Assembly (NCBI GenBank): GCA_050253075.1
Contig: JBFWJS010000001.1
Span: 416,001 to 480,000 of the forward strand
DNA length: 64,000 nt
From: Deferribacterales bacterium
Lineage (GTDB): Bacteria > Chrysiogenota > Deferribacteres > Deferribacterales > Geovibrionaceae
Direction of reading: 5' to 3'
The position numbers and the translations under genes are program-made. This document shows positions 41,201 to 50,906 of this stretch, piece by piece. The first letter of the stretch is position 1; every line of letters starts with the position of its first letter. The notes under the pieces were generated by a model. That model was not told the origin of the DNA. It did not search any database and saw only the letters and a list, made by a program, of their open reading frames with translations.

Positions 41201-42139
41201 TATAGTGGACCGACGAATTGAGACAGTCAGAGTAGATTTCTAATTGTTTTTTAGCATAAAATACTAAGAGAAATCGGAGGTCCACATGAGCAAAAAGAGA
41301 CGGCAGTTTTCTGCCGAGCAGAAGACTAAGATCGTACTTGAAGTCCTTCAGAGTGATTTGACTCTGAACCAGATTGCCAGCAAATATGAAATATCTCCGA
41401 ACGTGATCCAGAACGGGAAGAAACAGTTTCTTGAGAACGCTTCTATCGCTATGGAGCCTTCTAAAGTCGTTAAAGAATATAAAGCTGAAATAGATGAGAA
41501 AGATAAAGAAATAGAAGCTCTGCATAAAGCTCTCGGTAAAGCGACCATTGAGCTGGAGTTTGTGCAAAAAAAGCTCGTCAGCTTGGGCTCATCAAATAAG
41601 AGTCTTGTGGAGCCTGAGCTGGAAAACATTAATATCGCAAGACAGTGTGCCCTTTTAAAAGTCAACAGGAGCACATTTTACTATAAGCATATCGATCGCA
41701 GCTTTGAGAATAGTCTCTTGAAACGTCGCATAAGCGAGTTGTACACAGAGCACCCAGAGCTCGGTTACCGCATGATCTAGCATCAGATTAAAGACGAGGG
41801 ATTCAAGATCGGCAAGAATAAAGTGCTGAAGCTCATGCAAGAACTAGGTATCAAATCTATTCATCCTAAGAAGAAAAAGCTTACCTCCATCAAAAGCATT
41901 GAGCATGAGACATATCCATATCTGCTTTCATTTTTACGCAATGATAAGAAGCAGGTTGTTGCCGAGTACGCCGATCAGGTGGCACAGCAAGGTTATTCTT
42001 GCCTGAAAGCTTTCAAATACTATGGATACATCGCTTGTATATGAAGTACATGGATGTGCATATGAATCAGGTGAGAATAGCGGCATAGAAACACATTAAG
42101 AAATCAACTTATGCTGTCTTGACAAGCGGTGGCACTATA
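41201..42139 (+). mobile_element. Defective, internally deleted IS3-family insertion sequence
   Basis: Imperfect 25-bp terminal inverted repeats: TATAGTGGACCGACGAATTGAGACA (41201-41225) and TGTCTTGACAAGCGGTGGCACTATA (42115-42139). They flank transposase fragments. No target duplication seen. Confidence 0.85.
41286..42087 (+). pseudogene. IS3-family transposase pseudogene
   Basis: HTH N-terminus (FSAEQKTKIVLE), RQCALLKVNRSTFYY and GYRMI, then an in-frame TAG at 41778. A frameshifted HSKVILA*KLSNTMDTSL fragment follows. Most of the DDE domain is missing. Confidence 0.88.
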
Positions 42140-43595
42140 ATTTTTTAAAATCAGCTATTTCATTCATGAATGAAGGTCTATTATTATATTTGAAGTTTTT
42201 GAGTACTACGTTGATTTTGTTTGTATCAATAAATTGGCACGCTGGAAGCCACTTGTTTATCAATTCTTTATACATAGCAGGGTTCCCTTGTATTGCCCCT
42301 ATAAAGTACAGAAGAATAATATGATCATCATGATAATTACGTTCAATATTTACGTATGAGCTTGTTTGAGCGTATACTTTATTAATAATTTCATTAGGTA
42401 GCTCAATCATTTTGCTAGCCCATTTGTCCGTAATGTCAAATTGGCTTACGGTATGATATTTCCTACCATCGTAAAGTTGTAAGAATGCTTTGTCAGCATC
42501 CATTTGATAGTTAATTTCTAAAGAGATATTGTTTGGGTCATTGAATGTAATTGAAAACGGAGCATGACGAAATTTACCGTTTTCTTTGAAAGCACTCCTA
42601 AAAGAGGTGCTGTTTTCAAGTTCAGGACTGCCCCATGTTTGAAAAGCAGGGTTATAATAAACAAAATTACTTCTTTTGTCGGTATCTTGCTTCGTTCCAA
42701 CATCTAGCACGGTTGATTTGTCATTAACTTTTATTATTATATCGTCTATAAAAAGTGCATTCGTTGCATTTCTAGGGCGAATAAACCTTAACAATAATCG
42801 AGGGACTTTTTTGCTAAGATTATAGCTACTCCACGCCACGCCTTTTTCGTCGATGATATCAAATTCGTTAATTTTGTCATTAAAAGCATTTAATCCATTT
42901 TCTAATAGTATTTCAATTTCTGGTATATTAATACCTTTTGATTTCAATAGCTCATTTGTTTCATATAGTCCTAACAAGCATACAGCGAATCCATTTAGAA
43001 CAAAAGTCGGTTTCGGGGTCGGGTACTCTTCGTACCACCATGAATTTTCGCTGATGGTTTGTTTAACACCGCCATCACTTACATCAATATAGAATATCTT
43101 AAGAGCTTTTATGATGTCATCCAAGTATTTGTCATCTTCAGTTATGTAGTAAGCGCGTGCCAGTACTGCTAAGTTTTGTCCTTGTGCCATACCGCTTGCC
43201 CAAGGCGAGTTCAGGTAGTAAACTTCATTTACGTGGTAATTGAAATTATACCACCAGCTATATATCCCGTCACGATTAGGTACTAGATTGTCATGTAACC
43301 AATTTGCATAATTCATAAACTTATTAATAGTGTCTTCATTAGCATCATTAATGTACTGGCTAAAGTTCATTAATGCATGTCGGCTAACTCCTTCAGGATT
43401 ATAGCTCCATCCTATACCGTAAGCAGTATAGTCTGTCATTATTATACCATTTTCATCTAATTTCTCTCGAGAGCTATTACCCAAGTAAATCCGATCTCCA
43501 TAATATTGAGTTAAGGGAAGAGAGAGAATGTAGTTTTTTTCGATGTTAAGTGACGAGAATATAGATATGATAAGTAAGAAAAATAGTTTATTCAT
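42135..43595 (-). CDS. D-glucuronyl C5-epimerase family protein with an inserted domain (AT-rich)
   Basis: Signal-like N-terminus. WASGMAQGQ, ARAY, WYEEYP, FVLNGF, GLYE, WSSYNL and YHDDH motifs typical of the C5-epimerase C-terminal domain. Confidence 0.8.
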   Translation of the reverse strand: MNKLFFLLIISIFSSLNIEKNYILSLPLTQYYGDRIYLGNSSREKLDENGIIMTDYTAYGIGWSYNPEGVSRHALMNFSQYINDANEDTINKFMNYANWLHDNLVPNRDGIYSWWYNFNYHVNEVYYLNSPWASGMAQGQNLAVLARAYYITEDDKYLDDIIKALKIFYIDVSDGGVKQTISENSWWYEEYPTPKPTFVLNGFAVCLLGLYETNELLKSKGINIPEIEILLENGLNAFNDKINEFDIIDEKGVAWSSYNLSKKVPRLLLRFIRPRNATNALFIDDIIIKVNDKSTVLDVGTKQDTDKRSNFVYYNPAFQTWGSPELENSTSFRSAFKENGKFRHAPFSITFNDPNNISLEINYQMDADKAFLQLYDGRKYHTVSQFDITDKWASKMIELPNEIINKVYAQTSSYVNIERNYHDDHIILLYFIGAIQGNPAMYKELINKWLPACQFIDTNKINVVLKNFKYNNRPSFMNEIADFKKL

Positions 43596-43679
43596 TAGGC
43601 ACCTTCGTCTTGTATTTAAGCGGATAATTCTTGTTATGTCAAGTCAGTAAAGGAGGTACTGCAAAGTTATCGTTGGCTT

Positions 43680-43890
43680 ATAAAGTTGCAATAATTACTG
43701 GGAGTGATGGAGTGCTATAGAAAATATACTATGTTCAAAGATATTAGCTTGATAAAATATATTGAAAAGAGAATTTCGTCTGATTAACTGGAGACTTTGT
43801 CATTGATATAGTGCTAGATGAGGACATAATTAGAAATTACGTCGAATTACATAAACAAAAGAATCTAGGACAGGTCAAGCTTGAGTTTAA
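43680..43890 (+). pseudogene. Possible heavily decayed IS200/IS605 TnpA remnant
   Basis: Fragment VLDEDIIRNYVELHKQKNLGQVKLEF (~43810-43888) resembles the GLDEEMIRKYV..Q C-terminus of IS200 transposases. The upstream part is full of stops. Confidence 0.35.
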
Positions 43891-44155
43891 AAAAAACATA
43901 CGTCTAATATGTCAAAGCATAGAACCGCGGAGTTACCCAAAGGAATATATTTAAAAAAAGTTACATATTTATGAGATATTGCTATTATTTAGATACTGCA
44001 ATAAAATCAGTGTTATGGTAAATTGCACTTGTTCATGTAGTTTATAAAGTTAAAAATAAATTGATGAATAATCGTCACTTTAGTATTAATGTTATTATGG
44101 TTATGAAACTATCCGCCAAGTATGTTAATACAATCTTGTACCATGAGGTGTTTTC

Positions 44156-45466
44156 TTGAGTTCTTTCAATCATAAAATATGTATTATCGGTTTAGGATAT
44201 GTTGGCCTTCCATTGAGTGTTGCTTTTGCTCAGAAAGGCTACAGTGTCAAGGGTTTCGACATCGCACAATGGCGTATAGACGAGCTGTCCAAAGGGACAG
44301 ACCGCACGCTCGAAGTTTCAAGTGAAGACTTGAAATCAGTCTCTTCAGGAGACTCGGCAAAATTGAAATTTACAAATCAGCTCGAAGAGATAAAGGACTG
44401 CAACACATACATAGTTACTGTCCCGACTCCTATCGATGAATATAAAAACCCTGACCTCACGCCTCTGATCAAAGCGAGTGAGACAGTGGGCAAGGTCCTC
44501 TCCAAAGGGGATATAGTAATATATGAATCAACAGTTTATCCCGGCTGTACGGAGAATGACTGCGTGCCTGTTCTCGAGAAGTTCAGCGGTATGACATTCA
44601 ACAAAGATTTCTTCTGCGGATATTCTCCAGAGCGTGTGAACCCGGGTGATAAAAACAGACCTCTCACAAACATCATGAAGATCACCAGCGGAAGCACACC
44701 TGAGATCGCTGAAATTATCGATAATATGTATAAATCTATCATCACTGCGGGCACTCACAGAGCATCATGCATTATGGTTGCCGAGGCGGCGAAAGTTATC
44801 GAAAACACACAGCGGGACCTTAACATTGCACTGATGAACGAGCTCGCACTGATATTCGACAGAATGGGCATAAACACCAACGAAGTCATTGAAGCAGCAG
44901 GCACAAAGTGGAACTTCCTTAAGTTTCACCCGGGACTTGTAGGCGGTCACTGCATCGGCGTGGACCCTTACTATCTCACATTCAAATCACAGGCCATAGG
45001 TTATAACCCTGACATGATCATCTCAGGCAGAAGAGTAAACGACAGTATGGGTAAATTCATCGCTGAGAAAGCTACGAAAGAGATGATAAAAGCAGGAAAG
45101 AGGATAAAAGGCTCTAACGTTCTCATCGCAGGCTTTACATTCAAAGAGGACTGCCCTGACGTTAGAAACACAAAGGTAATAGACATCTATAACGAACTCA
45201 TTGAGTACGGCATGTGCATAGATGTGTATGACCCTGTGGCAGATGTTGACGCCATCGAGCATGAATACGACATAAAGCTCATGTCTGAGCTTAAAAATAA
45301 AGCCTACGACGCTATCATCATAGCCGTAAAACATAAATCATTTTACGAGCAGTTTAAGGCTGAGAAGCTGAATGATCTTTACAATGACTTCGGCATACTT
45401 ATAGACGTGAAGAGCATGATAGATAAGAATGATCTTCCGGAGAACATAAGCTACTGGTCTTTATAA
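44156..45466 (+). CDS. UDP-N-acetylhexosamine 6-dehydrogenase (WbpO/TviB/WbpA family)
   Basis: GLGYVGLP, VPTP, ESTVYPG, YSPER, GGHCIGVDPYYL and TFKEDCPD motifs. Confidence 0.92.
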   Translation: MSSFNHKICIIGLGYVGLPLSVAFAQKGYSVKGFDIAQWRIDELSKGTDRTLEVSSEDLKSVSSGDSAKLKFTNQLEEIKDCNTYIVTVPTPIDEYKNPDLTPLIKASETVGKVLSKGDIVIYESTVYPGCTENDCVPVLEKFSGMTFNKDFFCGYSPERVNPGDKNRPLTNIMKITSGSTPEIAEIIDNMYKSIITAGTHRASCIMVAEAAKVIENTQRDLNIALMNELALIFDRMGINTNEVIEAAGTKWNFLKFHPGLVGGHCIGVDPYYLTFKSQAIGYNPDMIISGRRVNDSMGKFIAEKATKEMIKAGKRIKGSNVLIAGFTFKEDCPDVRNTKVIDIYNELIEYGMCIDVYDPVADVDAIEHEYDIKLMSELKNKAYDAIIIAVKHKSFYEQFKAEKLNDLYNDFGILIDVKSMIDKNDLPENISYWSL

Positions 45467-45476
45467 GGGGTGACGA

Positions 45477-46127
45477 ATGTCTGATTTTTTCGTTCATGAA
45501 AGTTCATACGTCGATGACGGCGTATCCATTGGCGACGGTACTAAGATATGGCATTTCTGTCATGTGCTGAGCGGTACATCCATAGGCAAAGGCTGCTCTT
45601 TCGGGCAGAACTGCGTTGTGGGCCCCAATGTTCAGATAGGCAATAATGTTAAAGTACAGAATAACATCTCCATATACGAAGGGCTTGTGATAGAGGACGA
45701 TGTCTTCCTCGGGCCTTCATGTGTGCTTACAAACGTGACAAACCCAAGATCACAGGTGAACAGAAAGACCCTTTATGAAAAGACTCTCCTGCGCAAAGGC
45801 TGTTCCATAGGCGCCAATGCCACAGTAGTATGCGGTATTACCGTCGGCAGATACTCATTCGTCTCTGCTGGTGCGGTGGTTGTCAGCGACGTGCCTGACT
45901 ATGCTCTTATCATGGGTGTACCTGGCAAGTTTAAAGGCTGGATGAGCAGGCACGGACACATGCTTAAAAATCCTGATGCCGATGGCGTTATGACATGCCC
46001 TGAAAGCGGTCTCAGGTATAAAGAAGTAGAGCCTACGGTTTTGAAATGTCTCGATCTGGACGAAGAGGCTGAACTCTCCGCAGACCTTTCCGTGGGCAAG
46101 GTCACCTACGACGAGCTTAAAAAATAA
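45477..46127 (+). CDS. WbpD/WlbB-like hexapeptide N-acetyltransferase
   Basis: FVHESSYVD, TKIWHF, KVQNNISIY, FLGPSCVLTNV.NPRS and GWMS motifs. Confidence 0.88.
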   Translation: MSDFFVHESSYVDDGVSIGDGTKIWHFCHVLSGTSIGKGCSFGQNCVVGPNVQIGNNVKVQNNISIYEGLVIEDDVFLGPSCVLTNVTNPRSQVNRKTLYEKTLLRKGCSIGANATVVCGITVGRYSFVSAGAVVVSDVPDYALIMGVPGKFKGWMSRHGHMLKNPDADGVMTCPESGLRYKEVEPTVLKCLDLDEEAELSADLSVGKVTYDELKK

Positions 46128-46148
46128 ATAAACTGATAAGTTGTTCAG

Positions 46149-46178
46149 AGGGGCTTTCGAAAGAGGGCCCCTTTTTTT
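46149..46178 (+). terminator. Rho-independent terminator
   Basis: AGGGGCTTTC-GAAA-GAGGGCCCCT followed by a T-run. Confidence 0.85.
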
Positions 46179-46215
46179 GTTTACAATTTAAAAATAGAGG
46201 AATAATATCCACTTT

Positions 46216-46923
46216 ATGAGAAACATATACATTATCAAAGCGGGCGATACATTCGAGGAATTAGAGGCAAAACACGGCGGATTCGAGCAGTGGATCATAG
46301 ACAATATGAAAGGCTATGAAGACATCCTGAAGGTCGTGAATGTGGAAAAGGGCGAAGAGCTGCCAAACCACGCAGACTGCCTCGGTGTCATAATGACAGG
46401 CTCACACAGCATGGTGACAGAGCGTGAGGACTGGAGCGAAAAGACGGCTAAGTGGATACGTGAAGCTGTCCTCTCGGGTATGCCTTATTTCGGGATATGC
46501 TATGGTCATCAGCTCCTTGCAGATGCTATGGGGGGCGAAGCGGGATATAATCCTTTCGGGATGGAGATAGGCACTGTCGAGGTGTCTAAGCTGTCCGAAG
46601 CGTCGGAAGACCTGCTCTTCAAAGACATGCCCGATGTATTTAATGCCCATGTTATACATTCTCAGTCTGCTATGAAGCTCCCCGCAGGTGCTGTCTGCCT
46701 TGCGAAGAATAAGCACGAAAGCCACCATGCATTCCGTATCGGAGACCATGCGTGGGGTGTGCAGTTTCATCCTGAATTTGGCGAAGATGCCATGAGAGGT
46801 TATGTGGAGAGGTATCGTGAAAAGCTGGATAAGGCTTACGAGCTGACTCTGTCCGCCGTGAGGAAGACTCCCGAGGCTACATCGCTCCTTTCGGCTTTTG
46901 CGGAATACTGTAAAGGGCTTTAA
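46216..46923 (+). CDS. Class I glutamine amidotransferase-like protein
   Basis: TGS, GICYGHQ (nucleophile Cys) and QFHPE motifs. Confidence 0.9.
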   Translation: MRNIYIIKAGDTFEELEAKHGGFEQWIIDNMKGYEDILKVVNVEKGEELPNHADCLGVIMTGSHSMVTEREDWSEKTAKWIREAVLSGMPYFGICYGHQLLADAMGGEAGYNPFGMEIGTVEVSKLSEASEDLLFKDMPDVFNAHVIHSQSAMKLPAGAVCLAKNKHESHHAFRIGDHAWGVQFHPEFGEDAMRGYVERYREKLDKAYELTLSAVRKTPEATSLLSAFAEYCKGL

Positions 46924-47753
46924 TCGCAGTCGTCACAATCGGGACAGTCGACACAGTCTTTTTTATCCATGACAAGTCTGGAGCATATGCCGTTCTTCCC
47001 TCTGTGTTTTGCGCAGTAAAGGTATTTGTCTGCTTCTACTATTATCTTTTCAAAGTTGTTTATGCTGCTGCCGTGTGCGACATCTATCACTCCTATGCTG
47101 AGTGTGATGCTTACGGTCGCTTTCCCGTGGGAAAATTTCAATGCCGCTACTTTGTCTTTTATCTTTTCCGCAACGATGATGGCATTGTTTAGGTCTGTGT
47201 ATGGGAGAATGATAGCGAATTCGTCCCCGCCGAAGCGTCCGCAGACGTCAGATTTCCTGACGGAGTTCAGCAGTGTTTCCCCCACTGTTTTCAGCACAAG
47301 GTCGCCGAGTCCGTGTCCGTAATTGTCGTTGATTAATTTGAAGTCGTCTATGTCGAAGAGGATGAAAGAGAAATGTCCGTCGGTGTCACGCTGGTTCCGT
47401 ATGAACTCCATCTCCAGAAGCTCCATGAGCGACCGCCTGTTGTATACCCGTGTGAGGAAGTCATATCTGGAGATATTCAGCATCACTCTGAAAAAGCGGA
47501 GCATCTCGATAAATCTGGCGAAGGAGAATATGGTGTAAACAAGAAATGCCGCCAATAGGAAGTTGATTATCATGTCGGTGTTGTAAAACTGGTGTCTGTA
47601 TCCGAACCGGTGGAAAACATTTACAACGTCGACCTTAGCCGCTATCCAGAAGATGATACCGCCGAAAATGAACGCAAGGACACTGTCTCTGTACAGAGCC
47701 TTCTTCATGGTTTGCACAATATTGAGTGTCGATTTGTTAATATCGTCGTTCAT
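46920..47753 (-). CDS. Membrane-anchored diguanylate cyclase
   Basis: Two TM helices, DFLTRVYNRR, DIDDFKLIND, RKSD I-site and intact GGDEF. Confidence 0.92.
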   Translation of the reverse strand: MNDDINKSTLNIVQTMKKALYRDSVLAFIFGGIIFWIAAKVDVVNVFHRFGYRHQFYNTDMIINFLLAAFLVYTIFSFARFIEMLRFFRVMLNISRYDFLTRVYNRRSLMELLEMEFIRNQRDTDGHFSFILFDIDDFKLINDNYGHGLGDLVLKTVGETLLNSVRKSDVCGRFGGDEFAIILPYTDLNNAIIVAEKIKDKVAALKFSHGKATVSITLSIGVIDVAHGSSINNFEKIIVEADKYLYCAKHRGKNGICSRLVMDKKDCVDCPDCDDCD

Positions 47754-47869
47754 GTTATTAGTATCGTAAATAAAAATGAAATGGACAGCGATAAAAATAT
47801 AAATTTCATCATATCCATATAATTCAAAATATATTGCCTTATTTCTCTCTTGCTGTCAAAATTATATTT

Positions 47870-49348
47870 ATGAAAAGAAAACTGCCCGACGGAAGAATAC
47901 TAAATCTGCAGGTGAAGATATCCATCCTTATCTTTGTGATAATGATGGCGTTCAGCTTTGCCATCGGGCATAAGATGAACAACGACGTGAAACGTGAGAC
48001 ATATCAGATCACGTCGAACTACATCCAGTCCATTCCGTATCTGGTGAACAGCGCCATGTATAACTTCATGCTGAACGGCGACAGACAGTCGATAAAGCGG
48101 CTGGTTCTCCAGCTTCAGAACGACAGCAACATCATGGGCGTGCACGTTTTCAACAAAAACTGGGAGCTGACAAAGGCACTGCCTGAGCTTTTGAACATCT
48201 ACGACAAATCATACATCGACACCATAGTTAAAAATAAGGTGGACAACGGATTCCGTGAAAACGACTTCGACGGACGCCGTGTGATGTCATTCTATTCCCC
48301 GATAGCAAATTCACCCGAGTGCCGCATCTGCCACCTGAAAAGCGAGGGGGAGATACTCGGCCATATCAATATAAACATCGACCTGACATATCTGTCGGAC
48401 ATCCTCGGACAGGATGCCGCAAATGTGCGGAAGATCATCATGTTCATGGGCGTCATGCTCTTCGTAATAGTGGTCATTCTGGTGAATATACTCATCACCC
48501 GCCCTCTGCATAAGCTGGAAAAGGCGATGCAGGAGGTAGCTAATAACAACCTCGAAGTAAGGATGGATGTGGAGAGCGAAGACGAATTCGGGCGGATGTC
48601 ACGCCTGTTCAACTACATGGTCTACTCTCTGCGTAAGTCATTCAGCACCATCAGCAGTATTCATAAAAATATGATGCACAACGACCGCCTGATGACAATA
48701 GGTACGCTCACCGCTGCCGTCAGTCACGAGATAAAAAACCCGCTGAACTCCATCATGCTTCACTCCGATATCCTCGCCATGAAGTGCGGAGAGCATAAGG
48801 AATACTGTGAAAAGATACTCTCGGACGCAGACCGCATTAAGGATATAATAGACAACACTCTGAATTTCTCCCGCTTTGACGACGAACAGAATGTCAAAGA
48901 GGTGAATCTGAACAGCTTCATCGCAGATGTGCGCCTCTATGCAGACAGGACTATTCTGAAATGGACAGACATCCCCCTTGTGATGGATATACAGGACGAG
49001 CTGGGCACGCTCCGTGCGAACCCTGTGCATCTGGAGCAGATACTGCTGAACCTGATAAGGAACGCAGTGGACGCCGTGGAGGAATCCGAAAGTCCTATGA
49101 TGTGGCTGCGTGCAGGCAGAGACCACGAAAATGTGGTGATAAGCGTCAGCGACAACGGCAAAGGCATCCCCGAGCATATAAAGAAGCTGATATTCGACGA
49201 ATTCTATACCACAAAGGCGACCGGAACAGGCATCGGGCTCTACATAGTGAAAGAGCTGGTGAGCAAATACAACGGCACCATAGACCTGACATCCGAGCCC
49301 GGGCACGGCACCACATTCACCATAACACTGCCTGTGATGAAGGCTTAA
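47870..49348 (+). CDS. Sensor histidine kinase with periplasmic CXXCH (c-type heme) motif and HAMP domain
   Basis: TM, periplasmic domain with CRICH, TM, HAMP, SHEIKNPL, NAVDA and GTGIGL. ATG 47870 preferred over TTG 47834. Confidence 0.9.
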   Translation: MKRKLPDGRILNLQVKISILIFVIMMAFSFAIGHKMNNDVKRETYQITSNYIQSIPYLVNSAMYNFMLNGDRQSIKRLVLQLQNDSNIMGVHVFNKNWELTKALPELLNIYDKSYIDTIVKNKVDNGFRENDFDGRRVMSFYSPIANSPECRICHLKSEGEILGHININIDLTYLSDILGQDAANVRKIIMFMGVMLFVIVVILVNILITRPLHKLEKAMQEVANNNLEVRMDVESEDEFGRMSRLFNYMVYSLRKSFSTISSIHKNMMHNDRLMTIGTLTAAVSHEIKNPLNSIMLHSDILAMKCGEHKEYCEKILSDADRIKDIIDNTLNFSRFDDEQNVKEVNLNSFIADVRLYADRTILKWTDIPLVMDIQDELGTLRANPVHLEQILLNLIRNAVDAVEESESPMMWLRAGRDHENVVISVSDNGKGIPEHIKKLIFDEFYTTKATGTGIGLYIVKELVSKYNGTIDLTSEPGHGTTFTITLPVMKA

Positions 49349-49507
49349 AAGCTAAATCTAGTATGCCTGAACTTTTTTAAATTTAGCGGAACTTTTTTCT
49401 TTACATTCTCTTTCGTTTCGTATTATATTACACATCCCACATAAACAGCAGTTCATGTGCGTGACTGGATAAGGCAGTCGCAAACAAAAAATATAAAGGA
49501 GCACACT

Positions 49508-50905
49508 ATGGGAAAAAACCTTTTTAACAAGGTTTGGGAAAAACACGCAGTACGCGTTCTCCCTAACGGCCAAACCCAGCTTTTCATAGGCATGCACCTC
49601 ATCCATGAGGTCACAAGCCCACAGGCTTTCGCCATGCTTAGAGACTTAGACATCAAAGTTGCGTTCCCTGAGCGTACATTCGCTACAGTGGATCACATCA
49701 TTCCTACAGACGATAGATCGAGACCTTTCGCGGATCCTCTTGCTGAGGAGATGATGCAGGCTATCGAGAGCAATACAAAGGCTAACGGCATAACATTCTT
49801 CTCCCCTGAGTCCGAGAAGCAGGGTGTCGTACACATAGTCGGCCCTGAGCAGGGTCTCACACAGCCGGGCACAACTGTTGCCTGCGGTGACTCCCACACT
49901 GCCACACACGGCGCATTCGGTGCTATCGCTTTCGGTATCGGTACATCACAGGTGCGTGACGTCCTCGCCACACAGACAATGTCCATCGCTCCTTTCAAAG
50001 TGCGCAGGATAGAGATAAACGGCAAACTTAAAGCAGGCGTATACGCAAAAGACGTCATCCTTTACATCATCAGCAAGCTCGGCGTAGCAGGCGGTACAGG
50101 ATACGCATACGAATTCGCAGGGGATGTCATCGACTCCATGAGCATGGAAGGCCGTATGACAGTGTGCAACATGGCCATCGAAGGCGGCGCACGTGTAGGA
50201 TACATCAACCCTGACGAAACAACATTCGAATACATCAAAGGAAAGCCATACGCTCCTAAAGCAGATAAATGGGACGAAATGGTAGCATACTGGAAATCTG
50301 TGGCATCAGACGCAGATGCAGACTATGACGATATAGTTAAATTCGACGGTGCAGACATCGAGCCTATGGTCACTTGGGGTATCAACCCGGAGCAGACCAT
50401 CAAGATATCCGAAGAGATCCCAATGCCTAAGAACGCCGTAATGGAAGAAGCTCTGGAATACACAGGCTTCGCAGGCGGCGAAATGATGAAAGGCAAGAAA
50501 GTGGACGTTGTCTTCATCGGAAGCTGTACAAACGGACGTATCGAAGATTTCCGTGAGGCAGCGAAATACGCAAAAGGACAAAAGGTAGCTGAGGGTGTCA
50601 GAGCTCTCGCAGTACCGGGTTCCTTCGGCGTCAGAGATCAGGCAGTGGCAGAAGGTCTGGACAAGATATTCACCGAAGCAGGCTTTGAGTGGAGAGAGCC
50701 GGGATGCTCTATGTGTCTCGCCATGAACCCTGATAAACTCGTAGGCAGAGAGATATCTGCTTCCACATCAAACAGAAACTTTAAAGGCCGTCAGGGCTCG
50801 TCCACAGGACGTACGCTCCTTGTTTCGCCTGTTATGGCTGTTGCCGCAGCAGTTACGGGAACTATTAGCGACTGCCGTGAAGTTTTCGGCATAGAGGAGG
50901 CGTAA
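49508..50905 (+). CDS. leuC: 3-isopropylmalate dehydratase large subunit
   Basis: [30 protein letters not shown] and [16 protein letters not shown] Shine-Dalgarno before 49508. Confidence 0.97.
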   Translation: MGKNLFNKVWEKHAVRVLPNGQTQLFIGMHLIHEVTSPQAFAMLRDLDIKVAFPERTFATVDHIIPTDDRSRPFADPLAEEMMQAIESNTKANGITFFSPESEKQGVVHIVGPEQGLTQPGTTVACGDSHTATHGAFGAIAFGIGTSQVRDVLATQTMSIAPFKVRRIEINGKLKAGVYAKDVILYIISKLGVAGGTGYAYEFAGDVIDSMSMEGRMTVCNMAIEGGARVGYINPDETTFEYIKGKPYAPKADKWDEMVAYWKSVASDADADYDDIVKFDGADIEPMVTWGINPEQTIKISEEIPMPKNAVMEEALEYTGFAGGEMMKGKKVDVVFIGSCTNGRIEDFREAAKYAKGQKVAEGVRALAVPGSFGVRDQAVAEGLDKIFTEAGFEWREPGCSMCLAMNPDKLVGREISASTSNRNFKGRQGSSTGRTLLVSPVMAVAAAVTGTISDCREVFGIEEA

Positions 50906-50906
50906 G

